DNA of 58,133 bases, from sequence record SRR20825006_1103; one strand, written 5' to 3'. The notes under the pieces were generated by a model. That model worked only from the letters and a program-made list of their open reading frames with translations, was not told the origin of the DNA and searched no databases. Position numbers and translations under genes: made by a program. Shown here piece by piece: positions 39,001 through 49,228 of this stretch. The first letter of the stretch is position 1, and every line of letters begins with the position of its first letter.

Positions 39001-39771
39001 CTAGCGCCGGTTGCTGAGGTCATCAGCTTCATAGGTCGAGAAGTCGACGAGCGTGCCGGTCATCTGGAGATAGGCCACAATGGCATCCATCTCCGTGACG
39101 CGCCCAGGATCACCATCATAGTCGCGAAACTCAACGGAGCCCTCGCGCCCGGATGCGCCATCATATTGCTCAAGTAAGCTATCAAGGTGATCATATCCTT
39201 TTTCGTCTGGATCGGCCTGGGCGTAGAGATGGCCCTCGGCATTCTCGATCATTTCATCCGTATAGGGTACGCCAAGCATGCGCTCCGTACGCAGGCGCTC
39301 CGCGATACGGTCGAAGTTCAGCTTCTTGTCCGCCAGGAAGGCGTAAGGCGGCATGACGCTTTCCGGCACCAGAGCCCGTGGGTCCTTGAGGTGGTCGACC
39401 TGCCATTCCGCAGAATACTTGCCGCCGACACGGGCCAGGTCTGGTCCCGTGCGCTTGGAACCCCACTGGAACGGATGGTCGTACATGCTTTCCGCCGCCA
39501 GAGAGTAGTGGCCGTAACGTTCGACCTCGTCGCGCAGGGGCCGCACCATCTGACTGTGGCAGACATAGCAGCCCTCACGGACATAGATATCCCGGCCCAT
39601 AAGTTCGAGCGGGGTGTAGGGACGCATGCCGTCAACCTTCTCGATGGTGTTGTCCATATAGGCGAGGGGCGCCATCTGGATCAGGCCACCAATCGATACA
39701 ACGACAAGGATGCCGACGGTGAGCAGAAGCGAGTGCCGCTCCAGCAATCCATGTTTGTTCATGATGCTCAT
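39001..39771 (-). CDS. ccoO: cbb3-type cytochrome c oxidase subunit II
   Basis: [27 protein letters not shown] and SVMP motifs. Confidence 0.97.
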   Translation of the reverse strand: MSIMNKHGLLERHSLLLTVGILVVVSIGGLIQMAPLAYMDNTIEKVDGMRPYTPLELMGRDIYVREGCYVCHSQMVRPLRDEVERYGHYSLAAESMYDHPFQWGSKRTGPDLARVGGKYSAEWQVDHLKDPRALVPESVMPPYAFLADKKLNFDRIAERLRTERMLGVPYTDEMIENAEGHLYAQADPDEKGYDHLDSLLEQYDGASGREGSVEFRDYDGDPGRVTEMDAIVAYLQMTGTLVDFSTYEADDLSNRR

Positions 39772-39781
39772 GGAGTCGCTC

Positions 39782-41467
39782 CTATTCAGCCGGAACCAGC
39801 GTCGTGCGTGGTTCGGGAGTTGCGTATGGGTCGGGCTTGGCCTCGACCGGCTCGGCAGCGCCATGGCCAAGTGCGGTACGCACAAGGTTGTAGGCCATGA
39901 TCAAGGCACCGCTGAAGTAAAGGCTGCCGCCCAGCGCACGGATCATGTAGCTGATGTGCTTGGCTTCGACGGTTTCCACGAAGCTGTATTCGAGGAAGCC
40001 ATACTCGTTATAGGCACGCCACATCAGGCCTTCCATGATTCCGGCAAACCACATGGAGATCATGTAGAACAGGATGCCGATCGTGGAGATCCAGAAGTGC
40101 CATTCGACAAGAGACTTCGAGAACAGAGCCTTCTTCTTGTAGAGCCACGGCACGAGGCAATAGAGCGCCCCGAAGCTGATATACCCAACCCAGCCGAGCG
40201 CCCCGGAGTGAACATGCCCGATTCCCCATTCCGTATAGTGACTGAGTGAGTTGACGGCACGCACTGACATAAGCGGACCTTCGAACGTCGCCATGCCGTA
40301 GAACGCCAACGACACGACCATCATGCGAACCACTGGATCCGTGCGCAGCTTATCCCAGGCACCAGACAGGGTCATGACGCCGTTGATCATGCCGCCCCAG
40401 CTGGGCATCCAGAGCATGATCGAGAAGGTCATCCCAAGCGTTTGCGCCCATTGGGGCAGCGCCGTGTAATGGAGGTGATGCGGCCCCGCCCAGATATAGA
40501 TGAAGATAAGGCTCCAGAAGTGAACAATGGACAGCCGGTAGGAATAGACTGGTCGATTCACTCGCTTCGGAATGAAATAATACATGATGGCGAGGAAGCC
40601 TGTGGTCAGGAAAAAGCCGACCGCATTGTGACCGTACCACCATTGCGTCATCGCATCCTGAACACCCGAAAATACCTGCACTGACTTTGTGCCCGTCAAT
40701 GAGACGGGAATGGACAAGTTGTTTACGATGTGAAGCATCGCGATGGTCACGATAAAGGAAAGGTAGAACCAGTTCGCCACATAGATATGCGGCTCTTTGC
40801 GCTTCCACAGCGTACCGAGGAACACGAGCAAGTAAGCAACCCACACAATCGTCAGCCACAGATCTACGTACCATTCAGGCTCTGCATACTCTTTCGACTG
40901 GGTCACCCCCATCAGGTAGCCAGTCGCCGCAAGCACAACGAATATCTGGTAGCCCCAAAAAACAAACCAGGGCCACATACCGCCCGCTATGCGCGTGCGG
41001 CAGGTGCGCTGGACGACATAAAAGCTTGTCGCTAGCAGCACGTTTCCACCAAAGGCGAAGATCACCGCGCTGGTATGCAACGGCCGCAATCGCCCAAAAT
41101 TCGTCCATCCCAGTTCAGGGAAGTAGAAGATGTTCGGGAAGGTCAGTTGAAGCGCGATAATGACGCCAACCAATAGTCCCGCAATACCCCAGAACATGGA
41201 CGCGAACACACCATATTTTACCAGCGTGTCTTCATAGCGCGACTCATCGAATGGATTGCGGTCGAGCAAATTGCCAGCCCACAAACCCGTGCCCACCAGA
41301 AACGCCGTGGCCAGCGCGATGAACGTCATCGCCTGGATGCCCATGGCGTGATCAATCGTGCGTCCTGCGATGATCAGGGCGAGCACCCCGAAGATCGCAA
41401 CCAGCGCGGAGACACTTGCGATACTCCCCCCGCTGGCATTCGATGAATTGGTTCGTGATGTCATCAT
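39782..41467 (-). CDS. ccoN: cbb3-type cytochrome c oxidase subunit I
   Basis: [34 protein letters not shown] and [10 protein letters not shown] motifs. Confidence 0.98.
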   Translation of the reverse strand: MMTSRTNSSNASGGSIASVSALVAIFGVLALIIAGRTIDHAMGIQAMTFIALATAFLVGTGLWAGNLLDRNPFDESRYEDTLVKYGVFASMFWGIAGLLVGVIIALQLTFPNIFYFPELGWTNFGRLRPLHTSAVIFAFGGNVLLATSFYVVQRTCRTRIAGGMWPWFVFWGYQIFVVLAATGYLMGVTQSKEYAEPEWYVDLWLTIVWVAYLLVFLGTLWKRKEPHIYVANWFYLSFIVTIAMLHIVNNLSIPVSLTGTKSVQVFSGVQDAMTQWWYGHNAVGFFLTTGFLAIMYYFIPKRVNRPVYSYRLSIVHFWSLIFIYIWAGPHHLHYTALPQWAQTLGMTFSIMLWMPSWGGMINGVMTLSGAWDKLRTDPVVRMMVVSLAFYGMATFEGPLMSVRAVNSLSHYTEWGIGHVHSGALGWVGYISFGALYCLVPWLYKKKALFSKSLVEWHFWISTIGILFYMISMWFAGIMEGLMWRAYNEYGFLEYSFVETVEAKHISYMIRALGGSLYFSGALIMAYNLVRTALGHGAAEPVEAKPDPYATPEPRTTLVPAE

Positions 41468-41544
41468 TCTGTTTAGCCCCTTCCGCAGAGCGTTGCGGTT
41501 GCGTCGTATGGGGCCTGATTACGGTGATCGCTTTGCGGCGCGTA

Positions 41545-41560
41545 TAGGGGCTTTCCCGTA
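41545..41560. promoter_or_regulatory. Candidate FixJ-type binding site between ccoN and the fixL operon
   Basis: TAGGGGCTTTCCCGTA, an imperfect 16-bp palindrome of form TAnG-N8-CnTA. Confidence 0.55.
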
Positions 41561-41615
41561 TGGGACAGTTCGTCCGCTTCTCTTAAACGAGGGCGGAAAT
41601 TGGAGGGTCTTGCCT

Positions 41616-41882
41616 GTGAAACGAATTCATTCTTATGCCATCGCCGCCGCGCTGGTGTTTGCGGGCATCACCAAGATGGTCTTGCAGGCTTCTGCGCAAT
41701 CCACGCTCATCCTGCCGACCTGTCTTGGAAAGTCTGTGACTATTCCGATTGAAAGCGCCGGCGCACAACTGACGCATTGCTGGGGATGCTACGTGCTTCT
41801 GCTCGGGCTGTTGGCTTTCGGTGCGCTCCTGTTGAACGACCTGCGGCATTCACGTCTCCGCACGAGGTCTGTTCTTTCCTAA
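41616..41882 (+). CDS. Small two-TM hypothetical protein with HCWGC motif
   Basis: GGAGGG RBS then GTG. 88 aa with N- and C-terminal hydrophobic segments, a lone Cys and an HCWGC motif. Confidence 0.6.
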   Translation: MKRIHSYAIAAALVFAGITKMVLQASAQSTLILPTCLGKSVTIPIESAGAQLTHCWGCYVLLLGLLAFGALLLNDLRHSRLRTRSVLS

Positions 41883-43076
41883 ATGCCCAGCCGCACCTAC
41901 AGTGCTGGGATCATGCCGAATCCCCTGTCTGACCTCTGGCGCTTGGAGAATACCGACTTTCAGGATTCGGATTCGCTCCAGTCGATTCTGAGATCCATCC
42001 TGCTGTCGGTCCCAGATGCCATGATCGTGATTGATGACACGGGAATCATCATGGCGTTCAGCCGGGCGGCCGAAAACTTGTTCGGCTACAAGTCGGAAGA
42101 TGTCGTTGGGACGAATATCAAATGCCTGATGACCCAATCTGACCAGACGCATCACGACCAATATATCCGCAACTACCTAACCACCGGAGAGCGCCAGATC
42201 ATTGGTATCGGTCGGATCGTTGAAGCGCGCCTCGCAAATGGCGATTCCATACCGGTGGAATTGAAGATTGGCGAAGCCAGTATCGGCGACCGCAAGCTGT
42301 TTACGGGGTTCATCCGTGATATCACCGAGAAACAGGCCAACATGCATCGTATCGGGGAGCTCCAGGCGGAACTCGGAAACTTCTCGCGGCTGAGCGCGGT
42401 CGGGACGATGGCCTCCGCCATGGCTCACGAACTCAATCAGCCGCTCACAGCCGTCGCAAACTATCTCGAAGCCGCACGTGACCTGCTGGATGAACCGAGC
42501 GAGAATGACCTGGCCATGGTTCAGGAAGCGGTGTCCGCCGCTGCAGAACAATCAATCCGGGCTGGCCAGATTGTTCGCCGGTTGCGCGATTACGTCTCAC
42601 GCGGGGAACTCGATCTCAGGCCCGCTCCCCTGAAGGGTGTGATTGACGACGCTGCGGCCATCGCCAAGGTCGGCATCGAAGGCCCCCTCGCCCGAGTAAT
42701 TCTTCGAATGGAAGATCCCGGGATCATTGTCATGGCGGACAGGCTCCAGTTGCGACAGGTGTTCGCCAATCTCATCAGGAATGCCATTGAGGCGCTTTCG
42801 GGAACAGAAACACCTCAGATCTGGATCTATACGCAGTCTTCCGGCGAGGAAGTGACGATCGAGGTCAAGGACAATGGCCCGGGGCTTTCAGAGGAGTTGC
42901 TCCATTCCCCATTTGATGCTTTTCAAACAACCAAAGCCAGTGGCATGGGGCTTGGCTTGTCGATTTGCCAAACCATAATCGAGGCGCATGGCAGCACGAT
43001 TGCGGTTTCGTCCGAACCTGGCGCTGGAGCATCGTTTACGTTTACTTTAAGAGTAGCCACGAACGTGGCAGGGTGA
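41883..43076 (+). CDS. fixL: Heme-PAS oxygen sensor histidine kinase FixL (soluble form)
   Basis: VPDAMIVID..G.I..FS.AAE.LFGY, proximal His (HDQYI..Y), FG loop IIGIGR, HELNQPL H-box, NLIRNA, DNGPG and GMGLGL. Start could be 41883 or 41913. Confidence 0.92.
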   Translation: MPSRTYSAGIMPNPLSDLWRLENTDFQDSDSLQSILRSILLSVPDAMIVIDDTGIIMAFSRAAENLFGYKSEDVVGTNIKCLMTQSDQTHHDQYIRNYLTTGERQIIGIGRIVEARLANGDSIPVELKIGEASIGDRKLFTGFIRDITEKQANMHRIGELQAELGNFSRLSAVGTMASAMAHELNQPLTAVANYLEAARDLLDEPSENDLAMVQEAVSAAAEQSIRAGQIVRRLRDYVSRGELDLRPAPLKGVIDDAAAIAKVGIEGPLARVILRMEDPGIIVMADRLQLRQVFANLIRNAIEALSGTETPQIWIYTQSSGEEVTIEVKDNGPGLSEELLHSPFDAFQTTKASGMGLGLSICQTIIEAHGSTIAVSSEPGAGASFTFTLRVATNVAG

Positions 43077-43083
43077 GCATGCG

Positions 43084-43704
43084 ATGACGAAGACCATTTT
43101 CCTCGTAGATGACGATGATGCCATCCGGCATTCCGCCAGCTTCATGCTGCGGCATGCCGGCTACACGGTGAAGACCTATCCGGATGGCGTGAGCTTCCTG
43201 GACGCATATGAGCCGAACGACTCCGCCTGCATACTTCTGGATGTTCGCATGCCTGTGATGGATGGCCTGACTGTACAGCAGGCCTTGTCCGAACGCGGCA
43301 ACAAGATGCCCATCATTGTGCTCACCGGGCATGGAGATGTATCGGTCGCCGTTCAGGCCATGAAGAATGGCGCCATCGAATTCCTGGAAAAACCTTATGA
43401 GAAAAAGGCTCTGCTTGAAGCCATCGAAACCGGTTTCAGCCGCATTTCCGACGACGAGGCCCAACAAGGGCTCAAGAATGAGGCGGTTGCGAAACTAACC
43501 CGACTAACGACCCGAGAATCCGAAGTGCTCGATTGCCTGGTTGAGGGCATGACCAACAAGGCCATCGCCGACGAATTGTCGATCTCCCCCCGAACGGTGG
43601 AAATTCACCGTGCAAACCTGATGGAAAAACTTGAAGCCGACAGTTTGTCTGCAGCGCTGCGCGTTGCATTCATGGCGGAACGAGGCCGCAAAGAGGCGCG
43701 CTAA
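43084..43704 (+). CDS. fixJ: Response regulator FixJ (REC + LuxR HTH)
   Basis: VDDD, LLDVRMP, LTGHGDV, FLEKP, LTTRESEV and ISPRTVEIHRANLMEKL motifs. Confidence 0.93.
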   Translation: MTKTIFLVDDDDAIRHSASFMLRHAGYTVKTYPDGVSFLDAYEPNDSACILLDVRMPVMDGLTVQQALSERGNKMPIIVLTGHGDVSVAVQAMKNGAIEFLEKPYEKKALLEAIETGFSRISDDEAQQGLKNEAVAKLTRLTTRESEVLDCLVEGMTNKAIADELSISPRTVEIHRANLMEKLEADSLSAALRVAFMAERGRKEAR

Positions 43705-43718
43705 GTAGGTCTACTTAG
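43701..43718. promoter_or_regulatory. Perfect palindrome upstream of the fixT-like gene (candidate FixJ box)
   Basis: CTAAGTAG-GT-CTACTTAG, with the same TAnG-N8-CnTA core as the site at 41545. Confidence 0.6.
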
Positions 43719-43778
43719 AGACGTCATACTCCTGCGATCATAGATGTGTGACTCCGAAACTATCGAGACCACGCCTAA

Positions 43779-44171
43779 ATGAATCAGTCCGTTTCACAGC
43801 CAGACCTGCTGAGGGTTGCACTTGTCGAGGATGATGAGGAGGTTCGCTACTCCCTCATGATGCTCCTGCGATCACGCGGGTTTGCCGTAGATTCCTATCG
43901 CAACGGCATGGAAATCCTGATGAACCAACCAAGTCTGCAAGTCGATTGCCTTTTGATCGATTACAAACTACCTCGGTTTGACGGTGTGGATCTTCTCGAG
44001 AAAATGAGGCTGGCTGGCGACACGACACCCGCAATCCTGATCACTGGCTTTTACTCCACAACGCTCAAGGAGCGCGCGCTCAAGGCTGGATATGCCGCTG
44101 TTGTCGAAAAGTCTTCCGCTCCTCAGGAAATCCTGGACCGATTGTCAGAGGCGACAAAGCAACTCCATTAG
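43779..44171 (+). CDS. Single-domain response regulator (FixT-like)
   Basis: VEDD, LIDYKLP, LITG and VEK receiver motifs with no output domain. Follows fixLJ. Confidence 0.8.
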   Translation: MNQSVSQPDLLRVALVEDDEEVRYSLMMLLRSRGFAVDSYRNGMEILMNQPSLQVDCLLIDYKLPRFDGVDLLEKMRLAGDTTPAILITGFYSTTLKERALKAGYAAVVEKSSAPQEILDRLSEATKQLH

Positions 44172-44194
44172 GTTCGTCTCGTCTTCTGCAGGAA

Positions 44195-44521
44195 TTACTG
44201 GTCGTAGAATTTGCACAATGTCTCTATGACTGCCGTGCCAACACCTCCGGTCGAACGGTAGAATATCGCCTGACCGTCCCGTCGCGACGCAACCAGCCCC
44301 TCGGCCTTCAATTTCGACAAATGTTGCGACACGGCTGATAGCGATTGGTTCACTGCCTCGGCAATCTGGTTTACCGGCATTTCACCGTCAAACAACTCGC
44401 AGAGAATGCGCAGACGGGTCTCATTGGCCATCGCCCGCAGTGTCGCGCAAACTTCGGATACTTGATCCGACAGCGCATCAACTGAATCAGGATCGGGACG
44501 TGGATCGGCAGGCTCGCTCAT
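44195..44521 (-). CDS. ArsR-family repressor, SqrR/BigR-like
   Basis: RLRILC...SAVSQHLSKL..EGLV..RRDGQAIFY. Cys at 25, 41 and 103. Last gene of the rhodanese-MFP-RND operon (ATGA overlap). Confidence 0.85.
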   Translation of the reverse strand: MSEPADPRPDPDSVDALSDQVSEVCATLRAMANETRLRILCELFDGEMPVNQIAEAVNQSLSAVSQHLSKLKAEGLVASRRDGQAIFYRSTGGVGTAVIETLCKFYDQ

Positions 44522-47500
44522 GCCGTCTGACCTTCTGTGACAAGATCGTCATCGCCATCAGAAACCGCTGGCGCCACCCAATCTGGGCCCTTCAGCGCCA
44601 CATAGATCGCCGGAATCACGAGCACCGTCAGAGCCGTTGAAGAGGCAAGCCCGAAAAGGAGCGAAATTGCGAGTCCCTGAAAGATCGGATCTGTCAGAAT
44701 CACTGCCGCACCAATCATCGCCGCCAGCGCCGTCAACAGGATTGGCTTGAAGCGGATCGCGCCCGCATCCAGTAGAACTTCTTTCAATGGCTTGTCCGCA
44801 AATTGGCCATGCCGAACGAAATCGACCAGCAAGATCGAGTTTCGAACAATAATTCCGGCAAGGGCTATAAAGCCAATCATGGAGGTCGCCGTAAAGGCCG
44901 CGCCGAACAGCCAATGCCCGATCATGATGCCGATCAGAGTGAGCGGCACAGGTGTCAGGATAACGAGGGGTGTCCGGAACGTGCCAAACTGGGCGACCAC
45001 CAAAATGTATATGGCGACCAGAGCCACCCCAAACGCCACACCCATGTCACGGAAAGTGACATAGGTGATTTCCCACTCGCCGTCCCAAAGCAGGGAGGGC
45101 TTTGATTCATCAGATGGCTGACCATAGAGACGGATGGCAGGCTGCTCCAGCCCCGCACTTTTCCAATCATACGATTCCACCTGATCCTGAATTGCCAACA
45201 TCCCATAGATCGGCGCTTCGAACCGGCCAGCAAGCTCGCCCATGACCATGTCAGCGAAGTAGCCATCTCTCCGGAAAATCGTCGATGACCCCGCTTCCAT
45301 CCGGGCGTCCACGAGCGTGCCCAGTTCGACAGCTTGCGCGCCCGACTGTATGGGAACTGGCAAACTGGCCGTGCGCTCGGACCAGACCTGCGCAGATTTC
45401 GGTAGGCGGATCGATACGGAGAGTGGGTCACGTCCTTCGCCGCGGGGTGCCACGCCAACGATCTGGCCTGAATAGATCAACGCCAGCGAATCCAGTATAT
45501 CCTGCTCAGCGACGCCCTGATCAGCCGCAATCGTCTCATTCACGGAAAGGACGAGACGCGGTTGCGGTCCTCCGAAGGAATTGTCCACATCGACAATGTA
45601 CTCCGTGTCTCGGAACAATTGCTCAATCACATCGGCCGTCTTGCGCCGCGTTTCGGCATCCGGGCCGTATATCTCGGCCAGCAGTGTCGAAAGGACTGGC
45701 GGACCGGGCGGCACTTCCACCACTTTCACACTCGCCCCTTCGGGCAATGGCACGACATGCAACTGGTCCCGCAAAGCAAGAGCGATGTCATGGCTGGACC
45801 GGTCTCGATGACTCTTTTCCAGAAGATTGACCTGCAAATCCCCTAGTTCCGGTGCGGCGCGCAGGAAGTAGTGACGCACCAACCCATTGAAATTGAACGG
45901 CGCTGCTGTGCCAGCATAAGCCTGAACGGATTCAACTTCCTCTACATCGTACATCGTCGCGGCGAGGGCAAACAGGGTGCGTTCGGTCTCTTCCAATGTC
46001 GTGCCTTCCGGCATGTCCAGCACGATCTGAATTTCCGATTTGTTGTCAAAGGGCAGCAGCTTGACGGTAACAGCCTTGGTGGCAAATAAAGTAAGCGATG
46101 CGAGCGTCGCAACGCCGACAAGCCCCAAGAATATCCAGGCATTTTTCCGGCTCGCGACAATCGGTCCCGCAACAGATCGGTAGAAGCGACCCAAACGGGT
46201 CTCCTCATGCTCTGAGTGCCCACTGACAGGCGCCTTCCCGGCAATCTTCATCAGCAACCAAGGCGCGATTCCCACCGCGACGAAGAAAGAGAACAGCATG
46301 GCGGCCGATGCGTTTGCGGGAATAGGCGCCATGTAAGGGCCCATGAGCCCCGAGACGAACATCATGGGCAAGAGGGCCGCAATAACGGTCAGTGTGGCAA
46401 CAATGGTAGGATTTCCTACTTCCGATACCGCATCGATGGCGGCCTGAGCGCGTGGGCGACCGTCCTTCATCGCCCAATGCCGGGAGATATTTTCGATCAT
46501 GACGATCGCATCATCAACCAGAATGCCGATCGAGAAGATCAGCGCAAACAGGCTGACTCGATTGATCGTGTATCCCATCATCAGTGCCGCAAACAAGGTC
46601 AGCAGGATTGTGGTCGGGATGACAATGAGTGTCACCAAGGCTTCACGCCAACCAATGGAAAACGCGATCAGCACCACAATCGAAACGGTCGCCAGCCCCA
46701 GATGGAAGAGCAACTCATTCGCCTTGTGGTTTGCCGTTTCGCCATAATTGCGGGTCACAGCAATATGGACCCCTTCGGGTATCATTTCACGTTTCAATAG
46801 TTCAAGACGCTCGAGGATCTGATCCGCAACCACCACCGCGTTGGCGCCTGGCCGTTTCGCCAGGGAAAGCGTAACGGCAGGAAGTGATTCGAATTCCGCA
46901 CGCTCAGCATTCCGCTCCAGCGTCCAGGCTCGTGCCTCTGTCTCGATGCCGGCCACACGGACCCGCGCGACGTCGGAAAGATAAACCATGCGACCATCAG
47001 GAGCTTGAATTTCCAGCCGTTCGAGATCGCCCACAGCGGCGATCCGGTCGCCAGCCTGAATGATGATTGAGTCGCCAGAGCCGCGAGCCGTGCCAATGGG
47101 ACGCGCCTGAACGGCCTGTGCCGTCACATCGACCAACGCCTGAAGAGAGACGCCATAAGAAGACAGCGCCTCGATGTCGGGTTCAACGCGAAGCTCGAGA
47201 CTACGTCCCCCAATAACGTTAGTCAGGCCGACATCCTCCACCTTCAGGAGTTCTTTCAGAACCTCATCGGCGAGCATGCGCAGGCTGGTATCGTTCCAGA
47301 CATTTCCGGTCCACGTTTCCGGGGACAGCGTCAATGTAACGATGGGAACATCGTCAATGCCGCGCCCGACAACTTGCGGCATCTGAACTTCAGGTGGGAT
47401 GCGGTCGATATTGGCGCGAATCTTTTCGTGAATTCTCAGAATTGCGTCATCGGCATCAGTACCGACCATGAACCGCGCCGTGACGATAGCGCCGTCATCG

Positions 47501-47769
47501 CGGCTCTGACTGTAGACATGTTCGACGTCGGGAATCGCCTTGATGATTTCTTCCAGCGGCTCAGTGACCTGCTCGACCGTATCAGCCGCTCGCAGCCCGG
47601 GCGACTGAACCAGAATGTCCACCATCGGCACTGATATCTGCGGCTCTTCCTCGCGCGGTATAGTCAACAGGGCGATCAGACCAACAGCCAGCGCTGCCAG
47701 AAGGACCAGAGGCGTTAGCGGTGAACGGATCGTGGCTCGGGTGATGGAGCCGGAAACATCGGCCTTCAT
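44518..47769 (-). CDS. RND efflux transporter permease (AcrB family)
   Basis: 1083 aa. PREEEPQI, TM4 ILVDDAIVMIEN, TM10 IIVRNSILLVDF and TM11 RFKPILLT. Confidence 0.93.
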   Translation of the reverse strand: MKADVSGSITRATIRSPLTPLVLLAALAVGLIALLTIPREEEPQISVPMVDILVQSPGLRAADTVEQVTEPLEEIIKAIPDVEHVYSQSRDDGAIVTARFMVGTDADDAILRIHEKIRANIDRIPPEVQMPQVVGRGIDDVPIVTLTLSPETWTGNVWNDTSLRMLADEVLKELLKVEDVGLTNVIGGRSLELRVEPDIEALSSYGVSLQALVDVTAQAVQARPIGTARGSGDSIIIQAGDRIAAVGDLERLEIQAPDGRMVYLSDVARVRVAGIETEARAWTLERNAERAEFESLPAVTLSLAKRPGANAVVVADQILERLELLKREMIPEGVHIAVTRNYGETANHKANELLFHLGLATVSIVVLIAFSIGWREALVTLIVIPTTILLTLFAALMMGYTINRVSLFALIFSIGILVDDAIVMIENISRHWAMKDGRPRAQAAIDAVSEVGNPTIVATLTVIAALLPMMFVSGLMGPYMAPIPANASAAMLFSFFVAVGIAPWLLMKIAGKAPVSGHSEHEETRLGRFYRSVAGPIVASRKNAWIFLGLVGVATLASLTLFATKAVTVKLLPFDNKSEIQIVLDMPEGTTLEETERTLFALAATMYDVEEVESVQAYAGTAAPFNFNGLVRHYFLRAAPELGDLQVNLLEKSHRDRSSHDIALALRDQLHVVPLPEGASVKVVEVPPGPPVLSTLLAEIYGPDAETRRKTADVIEQLFRDTEYIVDVDNSFGGPQPRLVLSVNETIAADQGVAEQDILDSLALIYSGQIVGVAPRGEGRDPLSVSIRLPKSAQVWSERTASLPVPIQSGAQAVELGTLVDARMEAGSSTIFRRDGYFADMVMGELAGRFEAPIYGMLAIQDQVESYDWKSAGLEQPAIRLYGQPSDESKPSLLWDGEWEITYVTFRDMGVAFGVALVAIYILVVAQFGTFRTPLVILTPVPLTLIGIMIGHWLFGAAFTATSMIGFIALAGIIVRNSILLVDFVRHGQFADKPLKEVLLDAGAIRFKPILLTALAAMIGAAVILTDPIFQGLAISLLFGLASSTALTVLVIPAIYVALKGPDWVAPAVSDGDDDLVTEGQTA

Positions 47770-48755
47770 GAGTTCTCCGCTCCCGGCAATGTGACCACAT
47801 CGCCCGGTCTCAGTCCGGAGAGCACCTCAAAGACCCCATTGGAAACCAATGGCTCCGCCAGCACGACGGGGGCCTCAAAGAAGCGATCACCCACCTTTAC
47901 GCGCACAAAGTCTACTCCATAGCGCGTGGTGACGTATTCCTGTGGCAGAATGATCGCGCGGCGATCACCCACCGGGGCGAGCACATCGGCCCGTTCGCCC
48001 ACCAGCGCATTCAATCCGCCATCCACAACTGCGTCCGCGACCACTGCACCGTCTCGCAGCGCTGGATAAATCTTCTCAATGCGTGCTGTGCGCACGTCAT
48101 TGTCGCGCGCGGGCAGGCGTAACGAAACTTCTCCGCCTTCAGCCAGAAAGTTCAAATGCCGCTCCGGCAAGGACAATCGCACCAGCCCGTCGAGCGTCGC
48201 GAGGTTGGCAACGACCTGCCCCGGAGATACCACACTGCCTTCAACCACGAGTACATCTGTCACTCGTGAGTCAACTGGCGCGCGGACATACCCTTCCGCC
48301 CGACGGGCGATCAGACTGCGGCGTTCTTCCTCTGCGGAGGCTCGATTGGCCTTCACAACATCCAGAGCGGCCTTTTCCTGCTCGAACCGGGCTTTGGGAT
48401 AAAATCCATCTGCTAACAGTTTGCTCGCGCGGGCGAGGTCTTCTTCCTGTTGTGTCATTTGCGCCGTCAATCCATCGACGCGAGATTGGAGTGCATTGAT
48501 TTGCGGCGCTATCGTGTCGTCAGCCACGAAGGCGAGCACCTCACCAGCCTTGACCGTTTGGCCCTCATCGATGCTCAACTGTGTGATGACACCCTGAAGG
48601 CGAGACCGCGCCATAGCTGTATCACTCGCCTCAATACGCCCCACAACCGGACGAAAATCCGTGATGATGGACTCCTGAATGGTCAGTGTCTGCGCGGTGG
48701 CAGTCATGCTCAGCGCCAAGCCAACAATGAGACCACCGATATGTCGGGCGATCAT
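47766..48755 (-). CDS. RND periplasmic adaptor (membrane fusion protein)
   Basis: Signal peptide, lipoyl-like halves G.I..L.I.EGQ.VKAG and VRAP....V....V.EG..V.PG flanking a coiled coil. GGGAGA RBS. Confidence 0.88.
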   Translation of the reverse strand: MIARHIGGLIVGLALSMTATAQTLTIQESIITDFRPVVGRIEASDTAMARSRLQGVITQLSIDEGQTVKAGEVLAFVADDTIAPQINALQSRVDGLTAQMTQQEEDLARASKLLADGFYPKARFEQEKAALDVVKANRASAEEERRSLIARRAEGYVRAPVDSRVTDVLVVEGSVVSPGQVVANLATLDGLVRLSLPERHLNFLAEGGEVSLRLPARDNDVRTARIEKIYPALRDGAVVADAVVDGGLNALVGERADVLAPVGDRRAIILPQEYVTTRYGVDFVRVKVGDRFFEAPVVLAEPLVSNGVFEVLSGLRPGDVVTLPGAENS

Positions 48756-48756
48756 C

Positions 48757-49116
48757 TCAATAGTCTCCCTTGTCAACGATCGCACCCGTCGACGGGTCCA
48801 GCCGAATGCAGGGCTGCCCTGCCGACGTCCAGGCCGCGATGCCTCCCGCCAGATGAGCCGCGTCTGCGCCTGTTTCCTTCATGAAAGTGTTGAGCGCCAT
48901 TCTGGACCGTTTGCCAGATCCACACTGAAACACGATCCGCCTGCTTCCATCCGCAGGAATCGCTTTGGGTTCAAACGTGGATAAGGGGTGCAGCAATGCA
49001 CCATGAATGCGTTGGTTTGCGAATTCTGCAGGCTCGCGGACGTCGACCAATACGATCTTGCCAGCCTTGAGGTCTGTAAAGACACTTTGCGGTGTCAGGT
49101 CATATTTATCAGCCAT
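48757..49116 (-). CDS. Single-domain rhodanese (sulfurtransferase)
   Basis: LVDVREPAEF...IHGA, active-site loop CGSGKRS and LAGGIAAW. Confidence 0.9.
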   Translation of the reverse strand: MADKYDLTPQSVFTDLKAGKIVLVDVREPAEFANQRIHGALLHPLSTFEPKAIPADGSRRIVFQCGSGKRSRMALNTFMKETGADAAHLAGGIAAWTSAGQPCIRLDPSTGAIVDKGDY

Positions 49117-49163
49117 GATTTTTTCCTCTGCCAAGCCACCGGTCGCATTCGCGCAGTCGGTCT

Positions 49164-49177
49164 TTGATTTAGCTCAA
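49164..49177. promoter_or_regulatory. Fnr/FixK box in the rhodanese-sqr divergent promoter
   Basis: TTGATTTAGCTCAA fits TTGA-N6-TCAA exactly and TTGAT-N4-ATCAA with one mismatch. Confidence 0.7.
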
Positions 49178-49208
49178 TGCCATCGTGACCTATATAGGTA
49201 ATATTGCG

Positions 49209-49228
49209 TATTTGCGAAAGTGCTAATA
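49209..49228. promoter_or_regulatory. Candidate ArsR (SqrR/BigR) operator upstream of sqr
   Basis: TATTTGC-GAAAGT-GCTAATA, an AT-rich 7-6-7 inverted repeat with one mismatch. Confidence 0.45.

Noticed and set aside
41468-41615. Fnr/FixK box upstream of ccoN
   Set aside because: No TTGA-N6-TCAA or close variant was found on inspection.
41358-41615. N-terminal extension of the 174-aa ORF
   Set aside because: It overlaps ccoN on the opposite strand and its promoter. The GTG at 41616 has a strong RBS.
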